A stretch of 64,000 nucleotides of DNA from Patescibacteria group bacterium (GCA_043812155.1 JBDRMK010000011.1:16111-80110); one strand, 5' to 3'. Positions 46,878 through 56,294 are shown, numbered from the stretch's first letter. Numbers and translations are program-made. The notes: a model not told the origin generated them from the sequence alone.

Positions 46878-47414
46878 ATGCATATGAACGAACAAACAAA
46901 TATATTAGAAAGAGCAATCATAAAAGTAACTGTTTTAAAGCAAATCATGTTCATCGTGATTTTTACCGCCTTAAGCGTCGCTCTGCCCTGGTTTTGCCAC
47001 CAGTTTAATTTGGCCGGTCCGATTTTTTTACCGATGCACTTTTTTGTTCTGATGGCCGGTCTGCTTTTCGGCTGGCGAGTGGGCCTTATCACGGGTTTGC
47101 TGACCCCCCTGGCAAGTTATGCCTTTTCCGGTATGCCGATTGTCGCAATTTTACCCGTTATCATTCTGGAAGTGATGGCCTACGGTTTTTTCGCCGGATG
47201 GTTGCGGGAAAAAAAAATGGATCTATGGCTGACCTTAATTCTGGCCTTGGTATTCGGAAAAACAGTTTTGTTTTTCAGCGCCTGGATATTTATGCCGGTA
47301 AACCCAGCGAATTACCTTTTTACCGCCGTAAAAACCGGCTTGCCGGGAATTCTCATTCAATTGGCCTTGCTGCCTTTCTTGGTTAAAACCGTGCAAAAAT
47401 ATTTCGCCAAATAA
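46878..47414 (+). CDS. ECF transporter S-component
   Basis: 'GPIFLPMH', 'G...GLLTP', 'LPGILIQL'; six hydrophobic segments. Confidence 0.85.
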   Translation: MHMNEQTNILERAIIKVTVLKQIMFIVIFTALSVALPWFCHQFNLAGPIFLPMHFFVLMAGLLFGWRVGLITGLLTPLASYAFSGMPIVAILPVIILEVMAYGFFAGWLREKKMDLWLTLILALVFGKTVLFFSAWIFMPVNPANYLFTAVKTGLPGILIQLALLPFLVKTVQKYFAK

Positions 47415-47422
47415 GTATAAGG

Positions 47423-47454
47423 AAGGGGGGCCAGCTAAACTGGCCTCTTTTCTT
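47423..47454 (+). terminator. Intrinsic terminator
   Basis: GGGGCCAG-CTAAA-CTGGCCTC-TTTT. Confidence 0.7.
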
Positions 47455-47475
47455 ATTTTTTGCTACAATAAGCCC

Positions 47476-47898
47476 ATGAAAATCGTAATTAAAGAGAAGT
47501 TTACAGATTTGCTATTTTTAAAATTTATTTCCTTAAAAGATACTTTTTGGGTGATTCATCGTAATAAGAGCATTTATCGGTCAAAAAAAAGGGGAATCGC
47601 GGGATTAGTAATTTTATTAAAACAAAAGAAGAGTATAAAAAGAAAAATAGTTTTTGACAAAGTCGTCGGCCGGGCAGCCGCTTTGCTCCTTGTTTACGCC
47701 GGCGTTTCCGAAGTTCACACTGGACTGATAAGCGAAGAAGCCGTAAAAGTTTTTAAGAAATATAAAATATACCATCAATACGGCAAATTGATAAAAAGAG
47801 TACTTAATCGGGATAAATCGGATGTCTGCCCCTTTGAGAAGATAGCGCAAGGGAAAACTCCGGCCCAGTTTTATAAAATAGTTAAAAACAAATTCTAA
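47476..47898 (+). CDS. DUF1893 (TM1506-like) protein
   Basis: 'RGI..L', '[11 protein letters not shown]', '[11 protein letters not shown]'. Confidence 0.85.
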   Translation: MKIVIKEKFTDLLFLKFISLKDTFWVIHRNKSIYRSKKRGIAGLVILLKQKKSIKRKIVFDKVVGRAAALLLVYAGVSEVHTGLISEEAVKVFKKYKIYHQYGKLIKRVLNRDKSDVCPFEKIAQGKTPAQFYKIVKNKF

Positions 47899-47900
47899 AT

Positions 47901-50576
47901 ATGTCATTTATCGGGAAAATTTTCGGAGACGGCAATAAGCGGGTTTTAGACAAACTATTGCCGATTTTAGATCAGGTTAATAAATTCGAAGAGAGCGTTA
48001 AAACCTGGCCGGACGCGAAATTCATCCAAAAGACCAATGATTATAAGAGAATACTGGATAAAACTCCGGAAAAGCTGGATGAAATTTTGCCGGAGGCTTT
48101 TGCCATGGTCAGGGAAGCGGCCAAGCGGGCTTTAGGCCAGCGGCATTTTGACATGCAGATTTTAGGCGGCTTGGTCTTGCATCAGGGCAAAATCGCGGAA
48201 ATGAAAACCGGTGAAGGCAAAACTTTAGTCGCTACCGCGCCCCTGTATTTAAACGCTTTGACCGGACAAGGCTGTCATTTAGTCACGGTCAATGATTATT
48301 TGGCTAAGCGCGACTGCGGCTGGATGGGCCCTGTTTATCATTTATTGGGAATAAGTGTGGCTGCCATTGTTCACGAAGAAGCTTTTATCTATGACCCTGA
48401 TTTTGAAAATAAAGAGGCGATCGATCCCAAAGTAAAGCATTTAAAGCCGATTTCCCGGCGGGACGCTTACGCTGCAGATATCACTTACGGCACGAACAAT
48501 GAATTCGGGTTTGATTACCTGCGCGACAACATGGTTCCGGATCTTCCGTATATGGTTCAGCGCGAGCTTAATTACGCCATTGTTGACGAAGTGGACAGTA
48601 TTCTGATTGATGAAGCGCGCACCCCTTTGATCATTTCCGCGCCGGCGGAAGAATCAACTGAAATGTATTATAAATTCAGCCAGCTTATTCCGGAGCTTTC
48701 CGAAGGAACGGATTATAATATTGACGAGAAAATGCGGGCGGCCACTTTGACTGAAGAGGGGATGAATAAAATGGAAAAAAAGCTCGGCCTTTCCAATATT
48801 TACGAAGCGGGCGGTATTGAACTGGTCCATCACATGGAGCAGGCCCTAAAAGCGCACGCTTTGTTTAAAAGAGACCGCGATTACGTGGTAAAAGAAGGAG
48901 AAATCATAATTGTAGATGAATTTACAGGCCGTTTGATGTTCGGCCGCCGCTATTCCGAGGGCTTGCACCAGGCGATTGAAGCTAAGGAAAACGTGGAAAT
49001 TAAGAAGGAAAGCCAGACTTTAGCCACTATTTCTTTTCAAAATTACTTTCGCATATATAAAAAACTGGCCGGCATGACCGGCACGGCCGCCACTGAAGCG
49101 GAGGAATTTCATAAAATATATAATCTCGAGGTTATTGTCGTGCCCACTAACAAGCCGATGATAAGGAAAGACTCAAATGACAGCATCTATAAATCGGAAA
49201 AAGGCAAATTTGTGGCTATTGTCCGGGAGATCAAGCGCCGGCATGAGATTGGCCAGCCGGTTTTGGTCGGAACTATTTCTATTGAAAAAAATGAGCTGCT
49301 GGCGGAATTGCTGGAGCGTGAAGGCATCCCTCATAATGTCCTAAACGCCAAACAGCACGAAAAAGAAGCCCAGTTTATCGCCCAGGCCGGAAAATTAGGG
49401 GCGGTCACCGTGGCGACTAATATGGCCGGCCGCGGCGTGGACATAGTCTTGGGCGGCAATCCGTTTGATGAGGAAGAAGCAAAAAAAGTGAAAGAGATCG
49501 GCGGGCTCCATGTCTTGGGCACGGAAAGGCACGAATCAAGGCGGATTGACAACCAGTTGCGCGGCCGGACTGGCCGCCAGGGCGATCCCGGTTCTTCCCA
49601 GTTTTTTATTTCTCTGGAAGACGATCTGATGCGCATCTTCGGTTCGGGCCGGATGAAGTCATTTATGGATCGTTTGGGCGTGCCCGATGATATGCCCATT
49701 GAAAACAAGATGATTTCCCGTTCCATTGAATCAGCCCAGAAAAAAGTGGAAGGCAATAACTTTGATATCCGTAAGCACCTTGTGGAATATGACGATGTCA
49801 TGAATAAACACCGCGAAGTGATATATAAGAAGCGCCGCGAGATGCTGGAGACAAAAGTTGAGGACTTGAGAAAAACCATATTAAAAATGGTGGAAGATGA
49901 AGTGGAGCAAGTCGTTTCATTTCATACTTCTTCCGAAGATGAGCGGACTTGGAATCTGGATGAAATTTATGAAGTGGTGGATACGATTTTTCCTGTTCCG
50001 CTTTCCACTCGGGTAAAGCTTGAGGATATTCGCCAGAAAGCCGGTGACAAGGCGGCCGACGCCCGCTCGCGCACGGCGATCATTAAATATCTGCTGGAAT
50101 TATCGAATAAAGCTTATGATCATATGGTTGAACACATCAATGATGCAAACTTCATGCACCAGATAGAAAGAGGAATTATTTTGCGGACGATTGACAGTTT
50201 ATGGATCGAGCACCTGGACCAGATGAATTATCTGCGGACTGGCATCGGTCTGCGCGGTTACGGCCAGCAGGATCCGCTGGTGGAATATAAAAAAGAAGCT
50301 TTTCAGATGTTTACTCAGCTGATGAACAATATCAACGCCCAGATTGTTTACAGTATTTTTAAAATCACTTTAGCCCAGAAGATGGCGCCTTCGCCAATGC
50401 AGCGTGATAATATTTCAGTGACGGCTCCGGCCAAAGTCAGTGTTGAAAAAAATACAAATGTTTTGCCTGATAATATAAAAACAGTCGCCAAAGAAACGAC
50501 CGGCAACAAAGTCGGACGTAATGATCCTTGTCCATGTGGTTCAGGTAAAAAGTATAAGCGATGCCACGGCGCTTGA
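47901..50576 (+). CDS. secA: Preprotein translocase ATPase SecA
   Basis: 'EMKTGEGKT', '[18 protein letters not shown]', 'ATNMAGRG', SEC-C motif '[19 protein letters not shown]'. Confidence 0.99.
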   Translation: MSFIGKIFGDGNKRVLDKLLPILDQVNKFEESVKTWPDAKFIQKTNDYKRILDKTPEKLDEILPEAFAMVREAAKRALGQRHFDMQILGGLVLHQGKIAEMKTGEGKTLVATAPLYLNALTGQGCHLVTVNDYLAKRDCGWMGPVYHLLGISVAAIVHEEAFIYDPDFENKEAIDPKVKHLKPISRRDAYAADITYGTNNEFGFDYLRDNMVPDLPYMVQRELNYAIVDEVDSILIDEARTPLIISAPAEESTEMYYKFSQLIPELSEGTDYNIDEKMRAATLTEEGMNKMEKKLGLSNIYEAGGIELVHHMEQALKAHALFKRDRDYVVKEGEIIIVDEFTGRLMFGRRYSEGLHQAIEAKENVEIKKESQTLATISFQNYFRIYKKLAGMTGTAATEAEEFHKIYNLEVIVVPTNKPMIRKDSNDSIYKSEKGKFVAIVREIKRRHEIGQPVLVGTISIEKNELLAELLEREGIPHNVLNAKQHEKEAQFIAQAGKLGAVTVATNMAGRGVDIVLGGNPFDEEEAKKVKEIGGLHVLGTERHESRRIDNQLRGRTGRQGDPGSSQFFISLEDDLMRIFGSGRMKSFMDRLGVPDDMPIENKMISRSIESAQKKVEGNNFDIRKHLVEYDDVMNKHREVIYKKRREMLETKVEDLRKTILKMVEDEVEQVVSFHTSSEDERTWNLDEIYEVVDTIFPVPLSTRVKLEDIRQKAGDKAADARSRTAIIKYLLELSNKAYDHMVEHINDANFMHQIERGIILRTIDSLWIEHLDQMNYLRTGIGLRGYGQQDPLVEYKKEAFQMFTQLMNNINAQIVYSIFKITLAQKMAPSPMQRDNISVTAPAKVSVEKNTNVLPDNIKTVAKETTGNKVGRNDPCPCGSGKKYKRCHGA

Positions 50577-50586
50577 CATTGCTTGA

Positions 50587-50642
50587 AATTCCGTCGCTCG
50601 CTCCATATAAAAAAAGTTTTCATACGGGGCTCGCTAGGAATT
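50587..50642. repeat. Short imperfect palindromic element
   Basis: AATTCC-GTCGCTCGCTCCATAT...ATACGGGGCTCGCTA-GGAATT. Confidence 0.5.
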
Positions 50643-50665
50643 ATAAAAAGTGCTGTGGAAAATGA
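50642..50665 (+). pseudogene. Stranded alternative secA (SEC-C) 3' end
   Basis: TAT AAA AAG TGC TGT GGA AAA TGA encodes YKKCCGK* versus secA YKRCHGA*. Confidence 0.65.
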
Positions 50666-50684
50666 AAAAATCACAGAAAAAAAT

Positions 50685-51221
50685 TTGATATATTTTATAA
50701 CCGGAAATAAGAATAAACTCAAAGAAGTAAAATTGATTCTGCCAGGCGTGGAGCAATTAGATATTGACTTGCCGGAAATTCAAGAGATTGAAGGGAAGAA
50801 AATAATAGAAAATAAATTATCAGAGGCCTTTAATCACGCGAATGGAGAATTTATAGTGGAAGACACTTCCCTATATTTAAATTGTCTTAAGGGATTACCC
50901 GGACCTTATATTAAATGGTTTTTAAGAACTATCGGTCGAGATGGTTTGGCGGAAATAGCGGAAAAATATGGTGATGACCGAGCCGAAGCAAAAACAATTA
51001 TTGGTTACGCTAAAAACCGCAAAGAAATATATTTTTTTGAAGGGGCCGTAAAAGGAAGAATCGTTAGGCCAAGAGGGGAATCCGATTTCGGCTGGGACCC
51101 GATATTTTTACCGGACGGTCATGATATAACATTCGCCGAAATGAGCCGCGAAGAAAAGACCGAAATAAGCATGAGAAGAAAAGCGCTGAATAAGCTTGAT
51201 GAATTTCTGCGAAAGCAATAA
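50685..51221 (+). CDS. rdgB: Non-canonical purine NTP pyrophosphatase (Ham1/ITPase)
   Basis: 'FITGNKNK', 'LPEIQ', 'EDTSL', 'GLPGPYIKWF', 'FGWDPIF'; start uncertain. Confidence 0.9.
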   Translation: MIYFITGNKNKLKEVKLILPGVEQLDIDLPEIQEIEGKKIIENKLSEAFNHANGEFIVEDTSLYLNCLKGLPGPYIKWFLRTIGRDGLAEIAEKYGDDRAEAKTIIGYAKNRKEIYFFEGAVKGRIVRPRGESDFGWDPIFLPDGHDITFAEMSREEKTEISMRRKALNKLDEFLRKQ

Positions 51222-51335
51222 AATACAATCCATTAAGAATAAAAACCGCTTTTTATCCGGAAGACGGGGCGTTGTATTAAAGATATATTTTTGATCGAAA
51301 CAGTAAGGCAAAAGATATTCCGGCCCATTTTTGTC

Positions 51336-51364
51336 TTGACAAACCCCGAAAAATGTGCTAATAT
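51336..51364 (+). promoter_or_regulatory. Sigma70 promoter with extended -10
   Basis: TTGACA-17 bp-TAATAT preceded by TG. Confidence 0.7.
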
Positions 51365-51382
51365 TAAGATATAGTTCCTTAC

Positions 51383-51501
51383 ATCAGGAAAAACAAAAAT
51401 CAAAAACACAAAAAAGGCCAGAGGCCTTTATTTACCTCTGGTATAAAAAATACCAAAAAGTAATACGGCCTCTGGCCCTCACCTTGTGTCATTTTCCTGA
51501 T
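51383..51501 (+). ncRNA. Candidate structured 5' leader RNA
   Basis: Nested stems ATCAGGAAAA/TTTTCCTGAT, ACACAA/TTGTGT, GGCCAGAGGCC/GGCCTCTGGCC, TGGTAT/ATACCA. Confidence 0.5.
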
Positions 51502-51517
51502 TTAAAACAAAAACAAA

Positions 51518-52942
51518 ATGGCTAAAAATAAATATCAAATCAGTTTTTGGTATATCATAATCCTATTTTTCGGGGTTATTTTTTTTGCTCCAAAAATTTC
51601 TTTAGCCGTCAATACTATTGTTCCGGAAGTAAAAATCTTCAGTGATAGTCAGCAGGTCAAGAGCTTTTACGGTTTTGACCTGGGTTTCCGCGGCGGCGTG
51701 AGAGTGGCGTCTGGCGATGTGGACGGCGATAACGTGGATGAAATAATCGTCGGAGCAGGCGCAGGCGGGGGACCGAATGTTCAGATCTTCAAGGGAGACG
51801 GAAAAAAGATAAAAAGTTTTTTGGCATATGACAGGAATTTTAGAAAAGGGATTAAAGTGGCGGCCTGTGATATTGATAATGATAATGTTGACGAAATAAT
51901 TACAGCTCCCGGTCAGGGGGGCGGGCCGAACGTGAAAATTTTTAAAGCCGACGGTACTCAGCTTCTCAGTTTTATGGCTTATGGTTCAAGCTTTCGCGGC
52001 GGCGTCAATGTGGCTTGTGGGGATATAATCGGCGACAGCCAGCCAGAAATCGTGACCGGGCCTGGAATCGGTGGCGGACCTCAGGTAAGAGTTTTTAACG
52101 CGTCCGGACAAAGTTTAAATTTAGATATCTGGCCCTTTGAATTTAAGCATCAGGGTGGAGTCAATGTGGCGGTCGGAAATTTTACGGGCGATTTTAAAAT
52201 GGAAATCGCGGTAACGGTTCAGAAATTGGGCAAACCGGTGATTGAAGTTTATGATAATTTAAAAAATAAGATCGCTGGCTTTTACGCTTTTAACTCAGAT
52301 TTTCACGGGGGAGTAAATTTGGCGGCCGGGGATTTGGACGTTGATGGTTTCGACGAAATTATCGCCGCGGCGGGTGATTCCGGCGGGCCCCAAGTCATTA
52401 TTTTTAAATATAACGGAAAAAAATTACCCGGAAGCTTTTTCCCTTACCCTAAGGATTTTAAGGGCGGAGTTTTTCCGGCGGCGGGTGACGTCAATGGTGA
52501 CTTAAAAATTGAAGTAGTGACCGGTCCGGGTTTTATGCCGGATACGCGTTATTCCTACTACCAAAAATATTTGGATGTGAATTTAACCGAACAAAAATTG
52601 TCGCTGTACGAAAATGGGGTAGTCTTGGGCGTTTATACGATTTCTTCAGGTAAACCCGGAATGGATACTCCGCAAGGAATTTTCAAGGTTATGAGTAAAA
52701 GTCCTAACGCTTATTCAAAAAAATACGCTTTATACATGCCGTATTGGATGCAGTTCACCGGGCAAGGCCACGGTCTTCATGGTTTGCCCTATTGGAAATT
52801 AAGAGGAGGCGGAGTGATTAAAGAAGGCGTCAATCATTTGGGCATCCGCGTTTCCCATGGCTGCGTCCGACTTTCTTGGGAAGCGGCGGAAAAGGTTTAC
52901 AATGAAGTGGAAATCGGTACACCGGTCATTGTTCATAGCTAA
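51518..52942 (+). CDS. Secreted L,D-transpeptidase (YkuD domain) with FG-GAP/VCBS-like repeats
   Basis: Signal peptide; six 'GGV.VA.GD.DGD...EI..G.G.GGGP.V.IF' repeats; catalytic 'HG...SHGCVR'. Confidence 0.9.
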   Translation: MAKNKYQISFWYIIILFFGVIFFAPKISLAVNTIVPEVKIFSDSQQVKSFYGFDLGFRGGVRVASGDVDGDNVDEIIVGAGAGGGPNVQIFKGDGKKIKSFLAYDRNFRKGIKVAACDIDNDNVDEIITAPGQGGGPNVKIFKADGTQLLSFMAYGSSFRGGVNVACGDIIGDSQPEIVTGPGIGGGPQVRVFNASGQSLNLDIWPFEFKHQGGVNVAVGNFTGDFKMEIAVTVQKLGKPVIEVYDNLKNKIAGFYAFNSDFHGGVNLAAGDLDVDGFDEIIAAAGDSGGPQVIIFKYNGKKLPGSFFPYPKDFKGGVFPAAGDVNGDLKIEVVTGPGFMPDTRYSYYQKYLDVNLTEQKLSLYENGVVLGVYTISSGKPGMDTPQGIFKVMSKSPNAYSKKYALYMPYWMQFTGQGHGLHGLPYWKLRGGGVIKEGVNHLGIRVSHGCVRLSWEAAEKVYNEVEIGTPVIVHS

Positions 52943-52995
52943 ATAGCTGATCCATATATTTATAATAAACGCTTTTTAGCGTTATTTTTATATCC

Positions 52996-53024
52996 TTGAC
53001 TTTGCATTCTTATCACAGTATATT
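52996..53024 (+). promoter_or_regulatory. Sigma70 promoter of the heliorhodopsin gene
   Basis: TTGACT-17 bp-TATATT. Confidence 0.6.
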
Positions 53025-53045
53025 TTAAATGAAAGGAAAACATTT

Positions 53046-53831
53046 ATGGAACAGCCATTAATATCGAATGAAGAGAAAAAATTTAAAAATTTGCGGATTT
53101 TTAACTTAGTTATGGCCATTTTCCACGCGGTTCAAGGGGTATTAATGCTGGTATTAAGCTCAAGTTTTGCCTTGCCTGTGACTACCGCTTTTGTGAAATT
53201 CAGCCCGGCTTCTGGCAAACTAGAGCCATTTTTAAATACCGCCTTTAATCTTAAGATTGGACCGCTGGTCGCCGCATTTCTTTTTCTTTCCGCCCTAGCC
53301 CATTTATCCGTTTCCACTTTTTTATATCGCTGGTATGTGGATAATTTGAAGAAAGGCATGAATTTAGCTCGCTGGATCGAGTATTCTTTCAGCGCTTCCT
53401 TGATGATCGTCGTAATTTCCATGCTGGTCGGTATTTATGATGGAGTAAGTCTTATACTTTTATTCTTTTTGAATATGATGATGATCCTATTCGGCTGGAT
53501 AATGGAGTTGCATAATCAAACGACCAGCAAGACCAATTGGACCTCGTTCATTTTCGGCTGCCTGGCCGGCGCCATCCCTTGGGTGGCGGTGGGGTTGTAT
53601 TTATTCGGTTCCGGTTCGCCCGGCGCAAAACCGCCGACGTTCGTCTATTGGATATTTTTCTCTATTTTTCTCTTTTTCAATGTCTTTGCCATTAATATGG
53701 TTTTGCAGTATAAAAAAACCGGGAAGTGGCGTGATTATCTACACGGAGAGAAGGTTTATATTATATTAAGTCTGGTCGCCAAATCACTGCTGGCCTGGCA
53801 GGTTTGGGCCGGAACATTAAGACCAGTATAA
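53046..53831 (+). CDS. heR: Heliorhodopsin (HeR)
   Basis: Seven TM helices; 'FHAVQG', 'SALAH', 'RWIEYS', retinal lysine motif 'LSLVAKSLLAWQV'. Confidence 0.95.
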   Translation: MEQPLISNEEKKFKNLRIFNLVMAIFHAVQGVLMLVLSSSFALPVTTAFVKFSPASGKLEPFLNTAFNLKIGPLVAAFLFLSALAHLSVSTFLYRWYVDNLKKGMNLARWIEYSFSASLMIVVISMLVGIYDGVSLILLFFLNMMMILFGWIMELHNQTTSKTNWTSFIFGCLAGAIPWVAVGLYLFGSGSPGAKPPTFVYWIFFSIFLFFNVFAINMVLQYKKTGKWRDYLHGEKVYIILSLVAKSLLAWQVWAGTLRPV

Positions 53832-53836
53832 AAAAT

Positions 53837-54475
53837 ATGAAGAAAAAATACATTACAATCATTATTGTAATAGTGGCTATCGGCGGATTTTTATTACTTG
53901 CTCGGGTGATAACCGGCGAAGACGTTTGGCTGTGCGTTAACGGAAGCTGGCAAAAACATGGCCAGCCTTCTTCTCAAATGCCGACCAGCGGTTGTGGCAA
54001 TGAACAGATTGAGGAAAATATTAATACAAATTCAGGTATCTCTAGTTTTGAAGAATGTATAGAGGCGGGTAATCTTATTCAGGAAAGCTATCCGCGCCGT
54101 TGCACCGCAGACGACGGGGCGTCCTTTACAGAAGATATCGGCAACGAATTAGATAAGCAGGACATAATTAAAATAACCTCACCTCGGCCGAATGAAAAGA
54201 TTGCCAGCCCGCTGGTTATCATTGGCGAAGCCAAAGGGACGTGGTATTTTGAAGGGATATTTTCCATAAAACTATTTGACGAAGATAACAATATTATCGC
54301 CACGGCTAATGCTCAAAGCCAGGAAGATTGGATGTCCGAGGATTTTGTCAGTTATAAAGCGACATTGGAGTTTACTGCTCCTTCCGAGGGGAAAGGATCG
54401 CTCATTTTAGAGAAAAGCAATCCTTCGGGCTTGAATCAAAATGCGGATCAGTTAGTTGTGCCGATTACATTCTAG
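53837..54475 (+). CDS. Membrane-anchored protein with a Gmad2 immunoglobulin-like domain
   Basis: TM helix, 'EDVWLC..G.W.KHG.P', 'SFEECI.AG..I.ESYPRRC', Gmad2-like 'SPL.I.GEAKGTWYFEG.F'. Confidence 0.85.
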   Translation: MKKKYITIIIVIVAIGGFLLLARVITGEDVWLCVNGSWQKHGQPSSQMPTSGCGNEQIEENINTNSGISSFEECIEAGNLIQESYPRRCTADDGASFTEDIGNELDKQDIIKITSPRPNEKIASPLVIIGEAKGTWYFEGIFSIKLFDEDNNIIATANAQSQEDWMSEDFVSYKATLEFTAPSEGKGSLILEKSNPSGLNQNADQLVVPITF

Positions 54476-54571
54476 TATTATTTAATTAGATAAGGGGCGG
54501 ATAATTTATTAGTAATTAAGGGAAATAGACTGTTTTGGTCCCATTTTTCTCGGATGGTTCCATATTTTATA

Positions 54572-54600
54572 TTGTCAAAATTAATAATATGCCTTATAAT
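54572..54600 (+). promoter_or_regulatory. Sigma70 promoter of secDF, implying a very short leader
   Basis: TTGTCA-17 bp-TATAAT, ending 11 nt before the ATG. Confidence 0.6.
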
Positions 54601-54611
54601 AAATACTAATT

Positions 54612-56294
54612 ATGTCCATTCGCAGAAAAGTCTGGCTCACCTTTATTGGAATTATTATCCTGGCTGTTTTGGCCGGGTTTGTTGATTATCCTAAAGGCCC
54701 GAATATCAGAATTGGCTCATATTTTAAGGAAATTAAAGTTCATTTAGGCCTGGATCTATCCGGCGGAACCAGCTTGGTTTATCAAGCGGATACTTCCAAT
54801 ATTCCCGAAGGCGATAAGGCTTCCGCTCTGGAGGGGGTAAGAGATGTTATTGAAAGAAGAGTCAATACTTTCGGAGTGTCTGAACCGGTTATCCAAACCA
54901 ATAAGTCCGGCGAAAATTGGCGGGTGGTAGTTGAATTGCCGGGAGTGACAGATATTAAAGAAGCGATCCAAAGAATCGGAGAAACGCCTCTTTTGGAATT
55001 TAAAGAAGAAGCGCCGCCGGTCGTTTTAACCGACGAACAAAATAAAGAAATAGCGGATTATAATATCCAGGCCAAAAAGAAGGCGGAGGAAGTATTGGCC
55101 CTCGCTTTAAAAAGCGGCGCCGATTTTAGCGCTCTCGCCAGCGAATACAGTGAGGATCCGGGCAGTAAGGATCAGGGCGGGGATTTGGGCTTTTTTAACG
55201 AAGGGGATATGGTGGCGGAATTTAATGATGTTTCTTTTAATAAAGCTCAAAAAGGAGTAGTTTATCCGGAGCTAGTGGAGACAGTATATGGTTACCATAT
55301 TATTTTAAAAACTGACGAAAAGGAAACAGACGGCGTAAAAGAGGCGCGAGCTTCGCATATCCTAATTTTGAAAAAAAGCGAGGCTGATTATCAGACTGGG
55401 GGAGCATATGTTGATACCGGCCTTTCCGGCCAGCAATTAAAAAGAGCTTACGTGGAATTTGATAATCAAACAGGCGTTCCGACCGTGGGTTTGGAATTTA
55501 ATGATGAAGGCAAGAATTTATTTGCGGATATCACAGAGAGAAATATCGGGAAAATCGTCGCCATTTATCTGGATGGTTCCCCGATTTCTTTGCCTACGGT
55601 GAATGATAAAATCGCGGACGGACGGGCGGTTATCAGTGGAACATTTAGTTTAGATGAAGCCAAGACTCTGGCTCAGCGTCTGAATTCCGGCGCCTTGCCC
55701 GTTCCCATAACTTTGATCAGTCAGCAGAATATTGGCGCGACATTAGGCAAGATCTCGGTCCAGAAAAGCTTATTCGCCGGTCTGATCGGCCTTTTAGCCG
55801 TGGCTGTTTTTATGATATTTTTTTACCGCTTACCCGGCTTGCTTTCCGTATTAGCGCTTTTAAATTACACATTAATTGTCTTAGCGATTTTTAAACTTTG
55901 GCCGGTCACGATGACTTTGGCTGGAGTGGCGGGTTTTATCCTTTCTATCGGCATCGCGGTGGATGCCAATATTTTGATTTTTGAGCGCATTAAGGAAGAA
56001 TTACGCAGCGGAAAGCCTTTGGATTTAGCGGTGGAAGAAGGTTTTAAGCGGGCCTGGCTCTCAATAAGAGATTCCAATGTTTCTTCAATTATCACCTGCA
56101 TAATTCTGGCCTGGTTTGGCACCAGCCTTATTAAAGGATTTGCTATTACTTTAGCCATCGGTATTTTGGTTTCCATGTTTTCGGCGATCACTGTCTCCCG
56201 GACTTTTTTAAGATTAATCGTCGGGCCGCGGCTTTCTAAGCATTTGGCCTGGTTTGGAGTTAAACCCGATAATTCTTGGGAAAAAAATGTTTAA
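54612..56294 (+). CDS. secD: Protein translocase subunit SecD with an inserted parvulin PPIase domain
   Basis: 'LGLDLSGG', 'RVNTFGVSEP', 'SGALPVP', 'AVDANILIFERIKEE'; parvulin motifs at about aa 155-255. Confidence 0.95.
   Translation: MSIRRKVWLTFIGIIILAVLAGFVDYPKGPNIRIGSYFKEIKVHLGLDLSGGTSLVYQADTSNIPEGDKASALEGVRDVIERRVNTFGVSEPVIQTNKSGENWRVVVELPGVTDIKEAIQRIGETPLLEFKEEAPPVVLTDEQNKEIADYNIQAKKKAEEVLALALKSGADFSALASEYSEDPGSKDQGGDLGFFNEGDMVAEFNDVSFNKAQKGVVYPELVETVYGYHIILKTDEKETDGVKEARASHILILKKSEADYQTGGAYVDTGLSGQQLKRAYVEFDNQTGVPTVGLEFNDEGKNLFADITERNIGKIVAIYLDGSPISLPTVNDKIADGRAVISGTFSLDEAKTLAQRLNSGALPVPITLISQQNIGATLGKISVQKSLFAGLIGLLAVAVFMIFFYRLPGLLSVLALLNYTLIVLAIFKLWPVTMTLAGVAGFILSIGIAVDANILIFERIKEELRSGKPLDLAVEEGFKRAWLSIRDSNVSSIITCIILAWFGTSLIKGFAITLAIGILVSMFSAITVSRTFLRLIVGPRLSKHLAWFGVKPDNSWEKNV

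Noticed and set aside
50583-50684. N-terminal extension of the ITPase in the ORF track
   Set aside because: It runs through a palindromic element and the secA tail remnant; family similarity begins at IYFITGN.
52935-52950. ATAGCTAA-ATAGCTGA duplication at the L,D-transpeptidase stop as a fourth tail remnant
   Set aside because: Only 8 bp, too short to separate from chance or local slippage.
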